DNA from: Gammaproteobacteria bacterium
GTDB taxonomy: Bacteria; Pseudomonadota; Gammaproteobacteria; Steroidobacterales; Rariloculaceae
DNA length: 64,000 nt
Direction: 5' to 3'
NCBI GenBank assembly: GCA_036396795.1
Contig: DASWKF010000017.1
Span: forward strand, 111,191 to 175,190
Shown: positions 8,298-17,668 of the stretch, in pieces
How positions within the stretch are numbered: the stretch's first letter is position 1
Layout: every line of letters begins with the position of its first letter
The notes under the pieces: model-generated
What the model saw: the letters and a program-made list of their open reading frames with translations, nothing else
Told to the model about the DNA's origin: nothing
The model's database searches: none
Translations under genes and position numbers: made by a program

Positions 8298-9746
8298 TCA
8301 ATCCTGCGTCACTTCGAAGGCGAAGCGGAAGGCGGGCAAGTCCTCGCCCGGATGGTCCGCGGCATACGTGAGCTGCGGCATGCGGTAGTTGATCGGGATC
8401 TCGTCCGCGCCCTTGTAGATGCCGGGGTAGAGATCGATGAAATGCCAGCCCGGCGCGCCGGTCGCTTGCAGGTAGATCGTCAGATCGCCTTGGCTGTTGA
8501 ACGCGCAGGCGTAACCGATATAGGAATTGTCGTAGACGACGTGCATGATGTTGGAGGTCTCTGTCCAGCCGACGCCTTTCAAATGCACGGTAAACGGCGT
8601 GCCGACGGGTCCACGCGTCACATCCAACGGCGAGGCCGTCGTTTGCACGAAATGCGTGCCGCGCTTCATCGCGCCGGCTGCATCGAGCCACAGCCCGTGC
8701 GTGCCGCCGAGATCGTCGGGCGTCTCGAACTCGAAGGCGACTTGGCCGCCGGCATCCGCGACCGCTTCGGCGACCGGCGTCGAAGACTCGGCCCAGCCGC
8801 CGCCGTCGATGCGGTTGCCGATCACCCGGGTCCAATGCAGCGTATAGCTTTCGCCCGGGCTCAAGCCAGCGGCGCTCACCGTGACCACCTCGCCGACGCC
8901 GGAGAAACGTGGGCTTGAGATCAGCTCGCCGCCGGGTGTTGCAAGACGCACCGCGGTCTGCGCCTGCGCATCGACCGAAGGCGGCAGCACCGGGTCGCCC
9001 GGTGTAACCGTAAAGGTTCTGTAGAAACGCGGCCGGTCGGGCTGCGGGCTCTGCTCCTGGTTGCGATACGGGAAGCCGAACTGGCCGTGCAGGACCTCGA
9101 CGATGTGCTCGCCGACGTGGCCGGTCGCGGGGATCGTGAAGCTCGCGGAGCCTTGTGTCGTCACTGCCGAAGCCCAGCCCGTGAAGTTATTGTCGTAGAG
9201 AACGTTCCAGGATCGCTCCAAATCGCGGTAACCGATGCCTTTGACCTCGACGTTGATCGGCGTCCCCGCGGGGCCACTCTGCGGTGCGATGTCGACCGTC
9301 ATGTCGATCGAATAGGCGGCCTGCGTGAACAGGCGATCACCCCGCTGCAAGACGATGTCGTGAACGAAGCCGAAATCTTCCGGGGTCTCGAAGACGGCTT
9401 CCAAGCGGCCGCCAGCGTCGCTTTTCACCGCCGCCATCTCATACGCGACGGGTATGAATTCGCGGCCGTGATATTCGGATTCGGTGACGTTCCATTTGCC
9501 GTTAACGGTGCGCCAGACAAGTTGGAATTCCTGGTTCGGCGGAAGATCTTCGGCCGTGACCGTAAAGGACGTTCCGATCTCACCGTGCACGGGCGCGACC
9601 CGCATCGTGCCGACATAGCCGCCTTGTGGCTTGCCGACCTCGACTTGCGGCCCAAAAGTGGATGAAGGGCCGGCGAGCGCCGCGGGCGCGCAGAGAAGGG
9701 CGATTGCGAATACGGACCCTGCGAGCGGCCCGGCATGAATTCTCAT
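8298..9746 (-). CDS. Secreted protein built from an internal ~230-aa duplication (Ig-like/beta-sandwich repeats?)
   Basis: 482 aa with signal peptide AIALLCAPAALAG. The two halves align, e.g. TPINVEVKGIGYRDLERSWNVLYDNNFTGWASAVTTQGSASFTIPATG vs TPFTVHLKGVGWTETSNIMHVVYDNSYIGYACAFNSQGDLTIYLQATG. Confidence 0.75.
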   Translation of the reverse strand: MRIHAGPLAGSVFAIALLCAPAALAGPSSTFGPQVEVGKPQGGYVGTMRVAPVHGEIGTSFTVTAEDLPPNQEFQLVWRTVNGKWNVTESEYHGREFIPVAYEMAAVKSDAGGRLEAVFETPEDFGFVHDIVLQRGDRLFTQAAYSIDMTVDIAPQSGPAGTPINVEVKGIGYRDLERSWNVLYDNNFTGWASAVTTQGSASFTIPATGHVGEHIVEVLHGQFGFPYRNQEQSPQPDRPRFYRTFTVTPGDPVLPPSVDAQAQTAVRLATPGGELISSPRFSGVGEVVTVSAAGLSPGESYTLHWTRVIGNRIDGGGWAESSTPVAEAVADAGGQVAFEFETPDDLGGTHGLWLDAAGAMKRGTHFVQTTASPLDVTRGPVGTPFTVHLKGVGWTETSNIMHVVYDNSYIGYACAFNSQGDLTIYLQATGAPGWHFIDLYPGIYKGADEIPINYRMPQLTYAADHPGEDLPAFRFAFEVTQD

Positions 9747-9779
9747 TGGACCTCTCCGATCTGGGCGGCGACCGCGGCC

Positions 9780-10286
9780 TTAGCGGGCAGCCGTCTCCAT
9801 CATGGGCTCGCCTTCGACGATCGCCAGCTGAGATGGCGCGCGCGTGAACGGCTCCCAGGTCACGACGCTGTCGTCCTGCATGGTGACCAGGACCTTATAG
9901 CCCAACGTGCCGGTGGGGTAGCTGGCCGGGACGGTCCAGGAGTTGGCCCAGAAATAGTCGGTCGGCGGATCGCCGTGGGGACCGTAATCCATTGGCACGG
10001 TCTCGCCGCTGCCGAGCTCGACCATGACGCTCTTCACGGCCTCGCCGTCTACGACGGTCCCGTCCGGCCGAAGAACGCGGATGCGCCACGCAATTGCTTC
10101 GCCGCGCTTGTATCGACTCTGCAGGACGCACCAAGGTCCCATCTGTCCGTCGACACGGTGACGCACGAGGTCGCCTTCGAAGAAAAGCTTGCCGGCAGGC
10201 TCGGTGCGACTTTGCGCGAAAGCCGTCCCCGAAAGCCCGGCAAGCGCGATAGACACGGCGATGGCGGAGAGCGTAACGGATCTCAT
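9780..10286 (-). CDS. Small secreted hypothetical protein
   Basis: ORF trimmed to the ATG at 10286, preceded by AAGGGGGA. Signal peptide MRSVTLSAIAVSIALAGLSGTAFA. Confidence 0.65.
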   Translation of the reverse strand: MRSVTLSAIAVSIALAGLSGTAFAQSRTEPAGKLFFEGDLVRHRVDGQMGPWCVLQSRYKRGEAIAWRIRVLRPDGTVVDGEAVKSVMVELGSGETVPMDYGPHGDPPTDYFWANSWTVPASYPTGTLGYKVLVTMQDDSVVTWEPFTRAPSQLAIVEGEPMMETAAR

Positions 10287-10403
10287 GGGAATTCCCCCTT
10301 TATTCTTGACCCAAGCGATGCATGCCCCGGCAAGTCTGACGCTCAGCATACCGGGTTCCCGGCCGGCCCGAAAGATCCGATCTCCGGCCTTGCTGCCGGG
10401 CGT

Positions 10404-11795
10404 CTACTCCGTCCATGCCGCGCGAACGGGCTGGCCGATCAGCACCGACGGGTCCGCTCCGGGCCGCGGCATGAACTTCTGTGGCCGCCCGCCCCAGACC
10501 TCGGCCGTGTACAGGTTGTTCTCCTGGTCGACGCTGAACTGATGCGTGCCCCAGAGGCCGCCCGGCGCGGGCGTCATCGTGCCCCAGGTCTGCAGCAGCC
10601 GGCCGGTCAGGTCGAACTCGTAGAACTTGAAGTTGCCGTGACCGTCGGACGCCCACAGGTGCTGGTCGGCCGTCATGTAGATGTGATACGTCGCTGCGGG
10701 CCCATCGCCGAGATACCACTCGCTCAGGAACTTGCCGTTCTCGTCGAAGACCTGGATGCGGCGGTTGCTGCGGTCGTTGACGTAGACGCGGCGCTGGTCG
10801 TCGATGGCAATGCCGTGAACAACGTTGAAGTAGCCGGGGCGCCGCTCCGTGCCGGCGTTGCCCATCTGGCCCCATGACATGAGGAAATTACCGTCCGTGT
10901 CGAACTTCATGACGCGGGTTTCCTCGTAGCCGTCCGAGACGAAGAAGCTGCCGTCGGGAAGCCAGGCGATGTCCGTCTGTCGGCCGAAGGTTTCGTCGGC
11001 CGGGCCGGTTTTCTGAGTCAGCGACGGCGTGCCGCGCCAGCCGGTCATTCTCGCGTTCTTCTCGGTCGTCGTGTCGTAGGTACCGATCGTCTGCAGCAGC
11101 TCCTTGCCGTCGTTGCTGAAGATCCGGATCACCTGGTGGCCGTCGTCGATTGCCCAGACGCGCTTCTCGGGGTCGTAGGGACTGATCAAGATTTTGTGAA
11201 CGCGGCCCTGGGAAAGCACCTTGGGGTCGGCCGGCTTGAACAGGGAGTCCCACTGTGTCCAGTCCTCGATCATGTTGCCGTCGCCGTCGAAAACCATGAT
11301 GACGTGGTGCCAGCGATAGTCGACGCCCTCTTCGCCCATGAACTGGTCCGTGGCTTCACCCGGGCTCGCGTAGGGGCCTACCGAGGCATTGCGCGCATAC
11401 ATTCCGACGCCGGGGACCTGCAGGCGCACCGTGCGGCCGTCATCGGTCTCGAGCTCGACGATCTGCGGGCTGAGATTCGATATATCGGGCAGCTCGCCAC
11501 GCATCGCCACGAAGATGCGGTCCGGGTTCTGTGCGAACACGCCCTGGACCGCGCCCCAGGTCCAGCCTTCGTGGCCGGGCAAATTCGACAGAGGCTTGGG
11601 CCAGTTCGGGTCGACCACGTAGGGTCCGTGAACGAGCTCGTCGCTGATGTTGTGCGGGTCGACCCACTGGCCCGGATGCTGCTGAGCGATGGCGATCAAT
11701 GCGCTCGCGTCCTGGGCAGAGCCCGTCGACGCCGTCCCCATGGCGACGCCCGATGCAGCGCATATGACGAAGACGATTCGACGGACGGTGCTCAT
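10404..11795 (-). CDS. Secreted NHL-repeat beta-propeller, peptidyl-alpha-hydroxyglycine alpha-amidating lyase (PAL)-like
   Basis: Start ATG 11795 with AAGAGGA RBS and a signal peptide. NHL-type repeats such as VHGIAIDDQRRVYVNDRSNRRIQVFDENGKFLSEW. Confidence 0.8.
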   Translation of the reverse strand: MSTVRRIVFVICAASGVAMGTASTGSAQDASALIAIAQQHPGQWVDPHNISDELVHGPYVVDPNWPKPLSNLPGHEGWTWGAVQGVFAQNPDRIFVAMRGELPDISNLSPQIVELETDDGRTVRLQVPGVGMYARNASVGPYASPGEATDQFMGEEGVDYRWHHVIMVFDGDGNMIEDWTQWDSLFKPADPKVLSQGRVHKILISPYDPEKRVWAIDDGHQVIRIFSNDGKELLQTIGTYDTTTEKNARMTGWRGTPSLTQKTGPADETFGRQTDIAWLPDGSFFVSDGYEETRVMKFDTDGNFLMSWGQMGNAGTERRPGYFNVVHGIAIDDQRRVYVNDRSNRRIQVFDENGKFLSEWYLGDGPAATYHIYMTADQHLWASDGHGNFKFYEFDLTGRLLQTWGTMTPAPGGLWGTHQFSVDQENNLYTAEVWGGRPQKFMPRPGADPSVLIGQPVRAAWTE

Positions 11796-12008
11796 GTTTT
11801 TTCCTCTTTTTGCTCGATTGTTTCGAGGATCAGGTGGTCCGGGCATTTTACACCTGCAGGCTCAATCGCAGCAGTGCCCCGTTAGCCCGGGCACCGCCCC
11901 AGGGCAGTCAAGGCCGAGCGTGGTCTGCGGCGCTCAATCGGAGTTAACATGGGGTGAAATGATCGACCCGGGAACCCGATGCGGGCCTGGGGCTGGGGGG
12001 AGAAGAAC

Positions 12009-13286
12009 ATGTTCCAGTTGTCGAGACGCCTTCTGATCACCATCCTGCTTTCCGGCGGTCTGCCGGCGTATGCGCAGAGCCAGTTGGCCGCGTTACCTGA
12101 CGGGCCGGGGAAGGAGCTGGTCGAAGCCGCCTGTGTGGCGTGCCATGAGACCGACGTGATCTTCAGCTCGACCGGATACACGCACGAGCAGTGGGGCCGC
12201 CTGATCAGCAAGATGATCGACCTGCCGGATTCACTGAAGGCGAGCATCACGCAATACCTGGCAACGAGCTTTCCGGAGAAATACGATCGCCGCCCGACCC
12301 TGGCACTCGGCAACGCCAAGATTACCTTCCTGGAGTGGACCGTTCCCACGCCTGGGCAGCGGCCGCGGGATCCGGTCATGACGCCGGACGGGATGATCTG
12401 GTGGGCGGGGATGTACGGCAGCTTGATCGGCCGACTCGATCCGAAGAGCGGCGAAATGACGGAGTGGAAGCTCGATCCGCAAGCCAGGCCGCACAGCATT
12501 ATCGACGACGCGCAGGGCAACATCTGGTACACGGGCAACGGCAACGGCACCGTGGGGATGCTCGACCCGGATACGGGTGAGATCACGGTCTACCCAATGC
12601 CCGATCCCGCCGCGCGCGACCCGCATACGCCCATCTTCAGCCGCAACGGCGATTACTGGTTCACCGTCCAGAACAGCAACATGCTCGGCCGCTTGGTCCC
12701 GGATACCGGCGACATCCGGCTGACTCATATGCCGACCGAGAACGCGCGGCCCTATGGCATCAAGGAAGATTCCACGGGCATGATCTGGATCGCCTACCGC
12801 GGCGCCGCGAAGATCGCGCGGGTCGATCCGGATTCGTGGGAAATCGAGGAATTCGAGACACCCGATCCGGATCCGCAATCACACCACGGCAACTACTACA
12901 TTCGCCGGCTCGCGATCGACAGCTACGACACGATTTGGTACGTGGATTCCGGACGCGGCTATCTGGGCCGTCTCGATCCGAGGACCGGCGAGATTGACGA
13001 GTGGCTGACCCCCAGCGGACCCGGCTCGCATCCTTACGCGATCGAGGTCGTCAACGACATCGTTTGGCTCAACGAGTCGGAACAGCGGCCCGACGTGCTG
13101 CTGCGGTTCGACCCGCAAACCGAGCGGTTCCAGAGCTGGCCCATCCCTTCCGGGGTGGGCATCATCCGCAACATGCGGGCGACGCATGAAGGCAACCTGG
13201 TGATTCACCAGAGCAGCAGCAATACCGTAGGCCTCGTCCTTATCGACCGCGAGAGCTCGTGGGTCCCGGGGCCGTATCGGCCCTGA
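12009..13286 (+). CDS. Secreted cytochrome c domain fused to a Vgb/streptogramin-lyase-like beta-propeller
   Basis: Start ATG 12009 after GGGGGAGAAG, with a signal peptide. One CVACH heme-binding motif, then repeated ...G.IW....G...G.LDP.TGE... blades. Confidence 0.8.
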   Translation: MFQLSRRLLITILLSGGLPAYAQSQLAALPDGPGKELVEAACVACHETDVIFSSTGYTHEQWGRLISKMIDLPDSLKASITQYLATSFPEKYDRRPTLALGNAKITFLEWTVPTPGQRPRDPVMTPDGMIWWAGMYGSLIGRLDPKSGEMTEWKLDPQARPHSIIDDAQGNIWYTGNGNGTVGMLDPDTGEITVYPMPDPAARDPHTPIFSRNGDYWFTVQNSNMLGRLVPDTGDIRLTHMPTENARPYGIKEDSTGMIWIAYRGAAKIARVDPDSWEIEEFETPDPDPQSHHGNYYIRRLAIDSYDTIWYVDSGRGYLGRLDPRTGEIDEWLTPSGPGSHPYAIEVVNDIVWLNESEQRPDVLLRFDPQTERFQSWPIPSGVGIIRNMRATHEGNLVIHQSSSNTVGLVLIDRESSWVPGPYRP

Positions 13287-13320
13287 TAGGTCGCGATGTA
13301 CTAGACCTCGAGAAGAACTA

Positions 13321-14388
13321 ATGAAGGTCGAAAAAGAGACTCTGGTCGCAGAGATCGTCAGCGCAGCGATGCTCCTCGTCTGCTTGTCGCTGTTACCCGC
13401 CGCGACGAGCGCGCACCACTCCAGAGTGGAGTACACCGACGGCGCGATGCACGAGATCGAGGGCGAGGTGGTCAGAGTCGTGTGGAGAAATCCGCACATC
13501 ATGATCACCGTCAGAGCCGTGACGGCCGAGGGAACGGCGGAGGATTGGGTACTGGAAGGCCCCGGGGCGGGGACCGTGCGGCAGGAGGGTCTGATCGACG
13601 GCTATGTTTCGCAAGGCGATCGGGTGAAGGCCTCAGGCCAACGATCCGACCGCCGCGAGCATTGGCTCAGGCTTGCGAACGTGCTCGCCCCGAGCGGAAC
13701 CGAGCTGGTCTTCACCAGCGCGGGGCCGCGATGGTCGTCCGACTTCATCGGCGGCAGCCGAGAGGCGGAGGCCGAGGCCGCCGAGGATGAAACGCCGCCC
13801 GAAGGAATCTTTCGCGTCTGGGTGTGGACGGGCGGCACGCCGTACGAGGTGACGGAAGAGCCCCCGCTGACGCCCGAGGCGATGGCCGCCTACCAAAGCT
13901 ACGATCCGCTCCGGGACGACCCCGTTCTCGAGTGCGAGCTTCCCGGGATGCCGCGGGTCATGACGATTGCAGGCGCTCGTCCGTTCGAGCTCGAGCGGCG
14001 CGGTGAGGATATTCTGATTGTTTCCCAAAACTTCAATCAGACTCGAGTGATCCACCTGAGCAACGGAGCCGTGCCGAGCGACACGGAGGCGACCTCACTG
14101 GGGTATTCACGGGGCCGCTGGGAGGGAGAGACTCTGGTTGTCTCGACGACCCGGATCAGCTACCCGTTCTTCGATATACCGCCGTGGTGGGGTATTCCGC
14201 AGACGGAGGCGATCGAAATCGTCGAGCGCTTTACTCCCGACGGGGACAGGCTCGTGTATGACTTCTGGGCGTATGACCCAACGACATTCACGGCACCGAT
14301 CGACAAGCCCGGTTTCCTGATGTGGACTTGGCAACCGGGGCTGGAGGTCGAGGCGGATCGCTGCGAACCCTATTTCGAGGATCCTTAA
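13321..14388 (+). CDS. Long HH/NPH fusion protein (DUF6152-like N-domain + conserved C-domain), paralog 2 of 6
   Basis: 355 aa. ...PAATSA then HHSRVEY...WRNPH. The C-domain reads ECELPGMPRV...GYSRGRWEGETLVVSTT...DRCEPY. Confidence 0.8.
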   Translation: MKVEKETLVAEIVSAAMLLVCLSLLPAATSAHHSRVEYTDGAMHEIEGEVVRVVWRNPHIMITVRAVTAEGTAEDWVLEGPGAGTVRQEGLIDGYVSQGDRVKASGQRSDRREHWLRLANVLAPSGTELVFTSAGPRWSSDFIGGSREAEAEAAEDETPPEGIFRVWVWTGGTPYEVTEEPPLTPEAMAAYQSYDPLRDDPVLECELPGMPRVMTIAGARPFELERRGEDILIVSQNFNQTRVIHLSNGAVPSDTEATSLGYSRGRWEGETLVVSTTRISYPFFDIPPWWGIPQTEAIEIVERFTPDGDRLVYDFWAYDPTTFTAPIDKPGFLMWTWQPGLEVEADRCEPYFEDP

Positions 14389-14441
14389 GACAGGGCTTTC
14401 ATCCCAGCAGCGGTAAGAATGAGCGTCGCAACGGAGGCGAG

Positions 14442-15446
14442 ATGAGCTGGATTCGTGTTGGTTTCCTGCTCGGGGGCTGGTTCGGAGCCTCATGGGCGGG
14501 AGCACACCATGCGGCTACGGGGCTTTACGACGGGAGCAGCATCGGAGAGGTGGAGGGAGAGATCACTTCTATCTTTTGGCGTAACCCTCATGTGCGGCTT
14601 CGGATCGAGCGCGATGGCGAGGCGGGCCCGGAGGAGTGGGCGGTGGAGTTCGGTTCCGTGAACACGCTGGAGCGCATCGGGGTCAGCTCGGACATGGTGC
14701 AAGTAGGCGATCGCGTAAAGGTCTCCGGAAGGCTGGGGCGAGACGGCTTGAAGGCTCTGTTCGCGGATTCAGTCACGCTGTCCGATGGTAGGGAGCTGCC
14801 ACTGAATGCCAGCGTCCGAAGCCGTTATGGTGTGACGGAGAGGGCCATACGCGATGCGCTGGATACCGATCCCGATCTGCGGGCCGACATCTTTCGAGTC
14901 TGGCTTCCGAACGAGCGTCCGAACACGGGAGCGGGCACCACGCGGTATCCGCTGACGGAGGCGGGCCGCGCCGCGCAAGCGGCATGGAACCCGGCGGACG
15001 ACCCGGCGTTGAGGTGCATACCGCCCGGATTACCGACGGCGATGGACAACCCGTATCCGATTCAATTTCGCGATCAAGGCGACACCATCATCCTGCTCCT
15101 CGAGGAATGGGATGGGGTCCGCGCCATTCACATGAACGGCGTCAGGTCCCCGGAGCAGACCGACTCGCGCATGGGGCATTCCGTCGGGCGCTGGGACGCC
15201 AACACGTTGATCGTCGAGACAACCGACATCGGCTGGCGCTATATCGATGATCTCGGCACGCCGCAAAGTGAGGATGCGGTAATCGTTGAGCGTTTCGCCC
15301 TCGATGCGGACGGAACTCGCTTGGCTTGGGAAGCCCGGATCACGGACGCCGTGAATTTCACAGAGCCCGTGGTCATGGAGGGCGAGTGGATTTGGCTCCC
15401 AGGCCATGAGATCAAGCCCTTCAATTGCACGCTGTCCGCCGAGTGA
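14442..15446 (+). CDS. Long HH/NPH fusion protein, paralog 3 of 6
   Basis: ORF 14322-15446 trimmed to ATG 14442 (GGAGG at 14433-14437). ...ASWAGA then HHAATGLYD...WRNPH. The C-domain reads RCIPPGLPTA...GHSVGRWDANTLIVETT...FNCTL. Confidence 0.8.
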   Translation: MSWIRVGFLLGGWFGASWAGAHHAATGLYDGSSIGEVEGEITSIFWRNPHVRLRIERDGEAGPEEWAVEFGSVNTLERIGVSSDMVQVGDRVKVSGRLGRDGLKALFADSVTLSDGRELPLNASVRSRYGVTERAIRDALDTDPDLRADIFRVWLPNERPNTGAGTTRYPLTEAGRAAQAAWNPADDPALRCIPPGLPTAMDNPYPIQFRDQGDTIILLLEEWDGVRAIHMNGVRSPEQTDSRMGHSVGRWDANTLIVETTDIGWRYIDDLGTPQSEDAVIVERFALDADGTRLAWEARITDAVNFTEPVVMEGEWIWLPGHEIKPFNCTLSAE

Positions 15447-15568
15447 TGGCGTTGCGCGCTTGCTGCTCGCGAAGTGTACGAGTTCGCTTTCATCATCCAG
15501 CCGTTGAAGATTCAGGGAGCGACCGGGTCGACAGTCGCACCCGCCGCAATTTACTGAGGAGAATCCCA

Positions 15569-16540
15569 ATGCGAAATGCCCTATTTGTTGCGGGCCTGGC
15601 CGCGGCGCTCGCGTTGACGCCGATCGTTCACGCCGATGAGGGCCTCGTCGTGGGCACGGAAGCTATCGCAGGCAGCGATATACCGGCGGCCTACCATCTG
15701 GTCCCGACCGTCGACGGGCTGTTCACGGCGATCGGGTTGCGCAAGCCCAGCGGCGATGGGCCGTTTCCGATCGTGTTGTTTGCCTCCGGGAACGGCGGCG
15801 AAGGGCTCGATTGGGTAAAAAATGCGAGCCATAACATGAGCTGGACTCAGGAGCAGTTTCTCGATGCAGGCTACGCCGTGGCCTGGATGCGCTATCGAGC
15901 CGAAGTCGACGTGCCGGAGTACGACGGCAAAGCGCTCGACGATCGCGCCTGGTCGGGACGGCCGCGCTTGAGCCGCGCACCGTTCGAGTACGAGGACGTC
16001 ATCGGCATTTTCGAGTACGTGAAAACGCTTCCCGAGATTCAGGCGGACCGTGTCGCGTACATGGGCATGAGCCATGGCGGCGAGATGCTCATGAAAATCG
16101 CGTCGGTGTATGACGGCTTGCGCGCGGGCATTGCGAGTGAGCCCGCGTCGGCGGGTTTCCTCGCGCGCGGCCCGGCAGATCCGAACGCACCGGAACGCCC
16201 CGAGACCGCGGAGGTCTACACGGCAGACATGCAGGCGCAGGCCGTGCGCGAGCTGCACGCGCGCATCGATCGCAACGTCGCCATGCAGCGCATTGCGCCG
16301 ATCGATATTCCGATTTTCGTGCAGGGGCGGGACCGGGATCACAACCAGGATACGTTTCGGGTCAACTACGAGCTGCTGCAGGAAGCCGGCAAGGAGGTCG
16401 AGTGGAAGACCTACGACCACGACGAGCACGGCTTCGTCTACGTCAAGCGCAATACGGATGGCCGTTACGAGCCGAATGCGGTGCAGCGCGAGGCCGTCGC
16501 GGACTCGATCGCTTTCTTCGATCGGCACATGAAGCGTTGA
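15569..16540 (+). CDS. Secreted alpha/beta hydrolase (dienelactone hydrolase / S9 peptidase-like)
   Basis: ORF trimmed to ATG 15569 (GAGGAG upstream). Signal peptide LAAALALTPIVHA and a GMSHGG nucleophile elbow. Confidence 0.8.
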   Translation: MRNALFVAGLAAALALTPIVHADEGLVVGTEAIAGSDIPAAYHLVPTVDGLFTAIGLRKPSGDGPFPIVLFASGNGGEGLDWVKNASHNMSWTQEQFLDAGYAVAWMRYRAEVDVPEYDGKALDDRAWSGRPRLSRAPFEYEDVIGIFEYVKTLPEIQADRVAYMGMSHGGEMLMKIASVYDGLRAGIASEPASAGFLARGPADPNAPERPETAEVYTADMQAQAVRELHARIDRNVAMQRIAPIDIPIFVQGRDRDHNQDTFRVNYELLQEAGKEVEWKTYDHDEHGFVYVKRNTDGRYEPNAVQREAVADSIAFFDRHMKR

Positions 16541-16620
16541 TCGACGGACGGGGTCGACGTGAGTGTCTTGGCCGTATTCCTTGCCGGAGCGCCGGTTCCA
16601 ACGAAAATAGGGAACAACTG

Positions 16621-17607
16621 ATGAACAAATTTCGCCTCTCGACGTTTGCCGTCTCACTGAGCTTCTCGCTGTCCGTTGCTGCGCCGCTGCAGGCTCAGCA
16701 GCCGCAGAACTACGAAATCACGCAGGTCGCGGACGGTCTCTATCGTGCGGCCACCAGCTCCCACCGCACGGTGTTTCTCGTGACCGAGGAGGGAATCATC
16801 CTGGCGGATCCCATTCACACGGACTTTTCCACTTGGCTGAAGTCCGAGCTGCAGCAGCGCTTCGGTGTCCCGGTCAGACACGTGCTATACAGCCACCATC
16901 ACTGGGATCATGCCTCGGGCGGCGCGGTCTTCGCGGACACGGCGACCTTCGTTGCGCACGAGGACATGGCGGCCGCGCTCGCGGCACCGCTGCCGAGCAA
17001 CGCGACGGTTCTCGATGCGAGCGGCAACGGGGTTCTGGAGCGGGGCGAGGCGAGCGGCGGTTTCGCCGAGAACTTCGACCGGCTGGATACCGATCAGGAC
17101 GGCGGCCTCAGTGGAGCGGAGATCAATGTCGATATCCATCCTCCGGAGCTGCTCTATTCCGACCGCATGACGGTAAGCTTGGGCGGTGAGCGCGTCGAGC
17201 TCATACATCCCGAGCCGGCGCATTCGAGCGATACGACCATTCTGTATTTCCCCGAGCAACGCGCAGGCTTTGCGGTCGATTACATAAACGTCAGGCGTTT
17301 ACCGGGATCCTTCGATCCGTACCCGTTCGACCAGTACGTCAGCGCCGTCGCCACGATGTTTGCGCTCGATATCGATATCGTCGTACCGGGCCATGGGAAC
17401 GTCGGGCAGCGGGAGGACCTCGCCGAATACATGGGCTTCCTGCGAGATCTCCAGACGGAAGTCGCCGCCGCGATCGCGGATGGACAGACGCTGCAACAGG
17501 CTCAGCAATCCGTGGAGCTTGCGGAATATTCGGGCTGGCTGCTTTTCGACGAGCGCAAGGCCAATGTCGTCGCCGGCGCCTATGCCATCTTGAGCGGCAC
17601 GCGCTGA
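16621..17607 (+). CDS. Secreted MBL-fold metallo-hydrolase carrying an inserted EF-hand pair
   Basis: ORF trimmed to ATG 16621. Signal peptide SLSVAAPLQA. HHHWDH zinc motif. Two canonical 12-residue Ca-binding loops, DASGNGVLERGE and DTDQDGGLSGAE (nt 17014-17121). Confidence 0.85.
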   Translation: MNKFRLSTFAVSLSFSLSVAAPLQAQQPQNYEITQVADGLYRAATSSHRTVFLVTEEGIILADPIHTDFSTWLKSELQQRFGVPVRHVLYSHHHWDHASGGAVFADTATFVAHEDMAAALAAPLPSNATVLDASGNGVLERGEASGGFAENFDRLDTDQDGGLSGAEINVDIHPPELLYSDRMTVSLGGERVELIHPEPAHSSDTTILYFPEQRAGFAVDYINVRRLPGSFDPYPFDQYVSAVATMFALDIDIVVPGHGNVGQREDLAEYMGFLRDLQTEVAAAIADGQTLQQAQQSVELAEYSGWLLFDERKANVVAGAYAILSGTR

Positions 17608-17668
17608 GTCCATTGAGCGATATCTATGTAGAATAGCGAACACAGCTCAAGGTTCGGGGGGTGCAATC

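Noticed and set aside
11860-11940. 9-nt direct repeat GCTCAATCG (11860-11868 and 11932-11940) in the divergent region between the PAL-like and cytochrome c-propeller genes
   Set aside because: A single 9-mer recurrence in a ~200-nt region could be chance. There is no palindromic structure or known operator consensus, so it is not called as a regulatory site.
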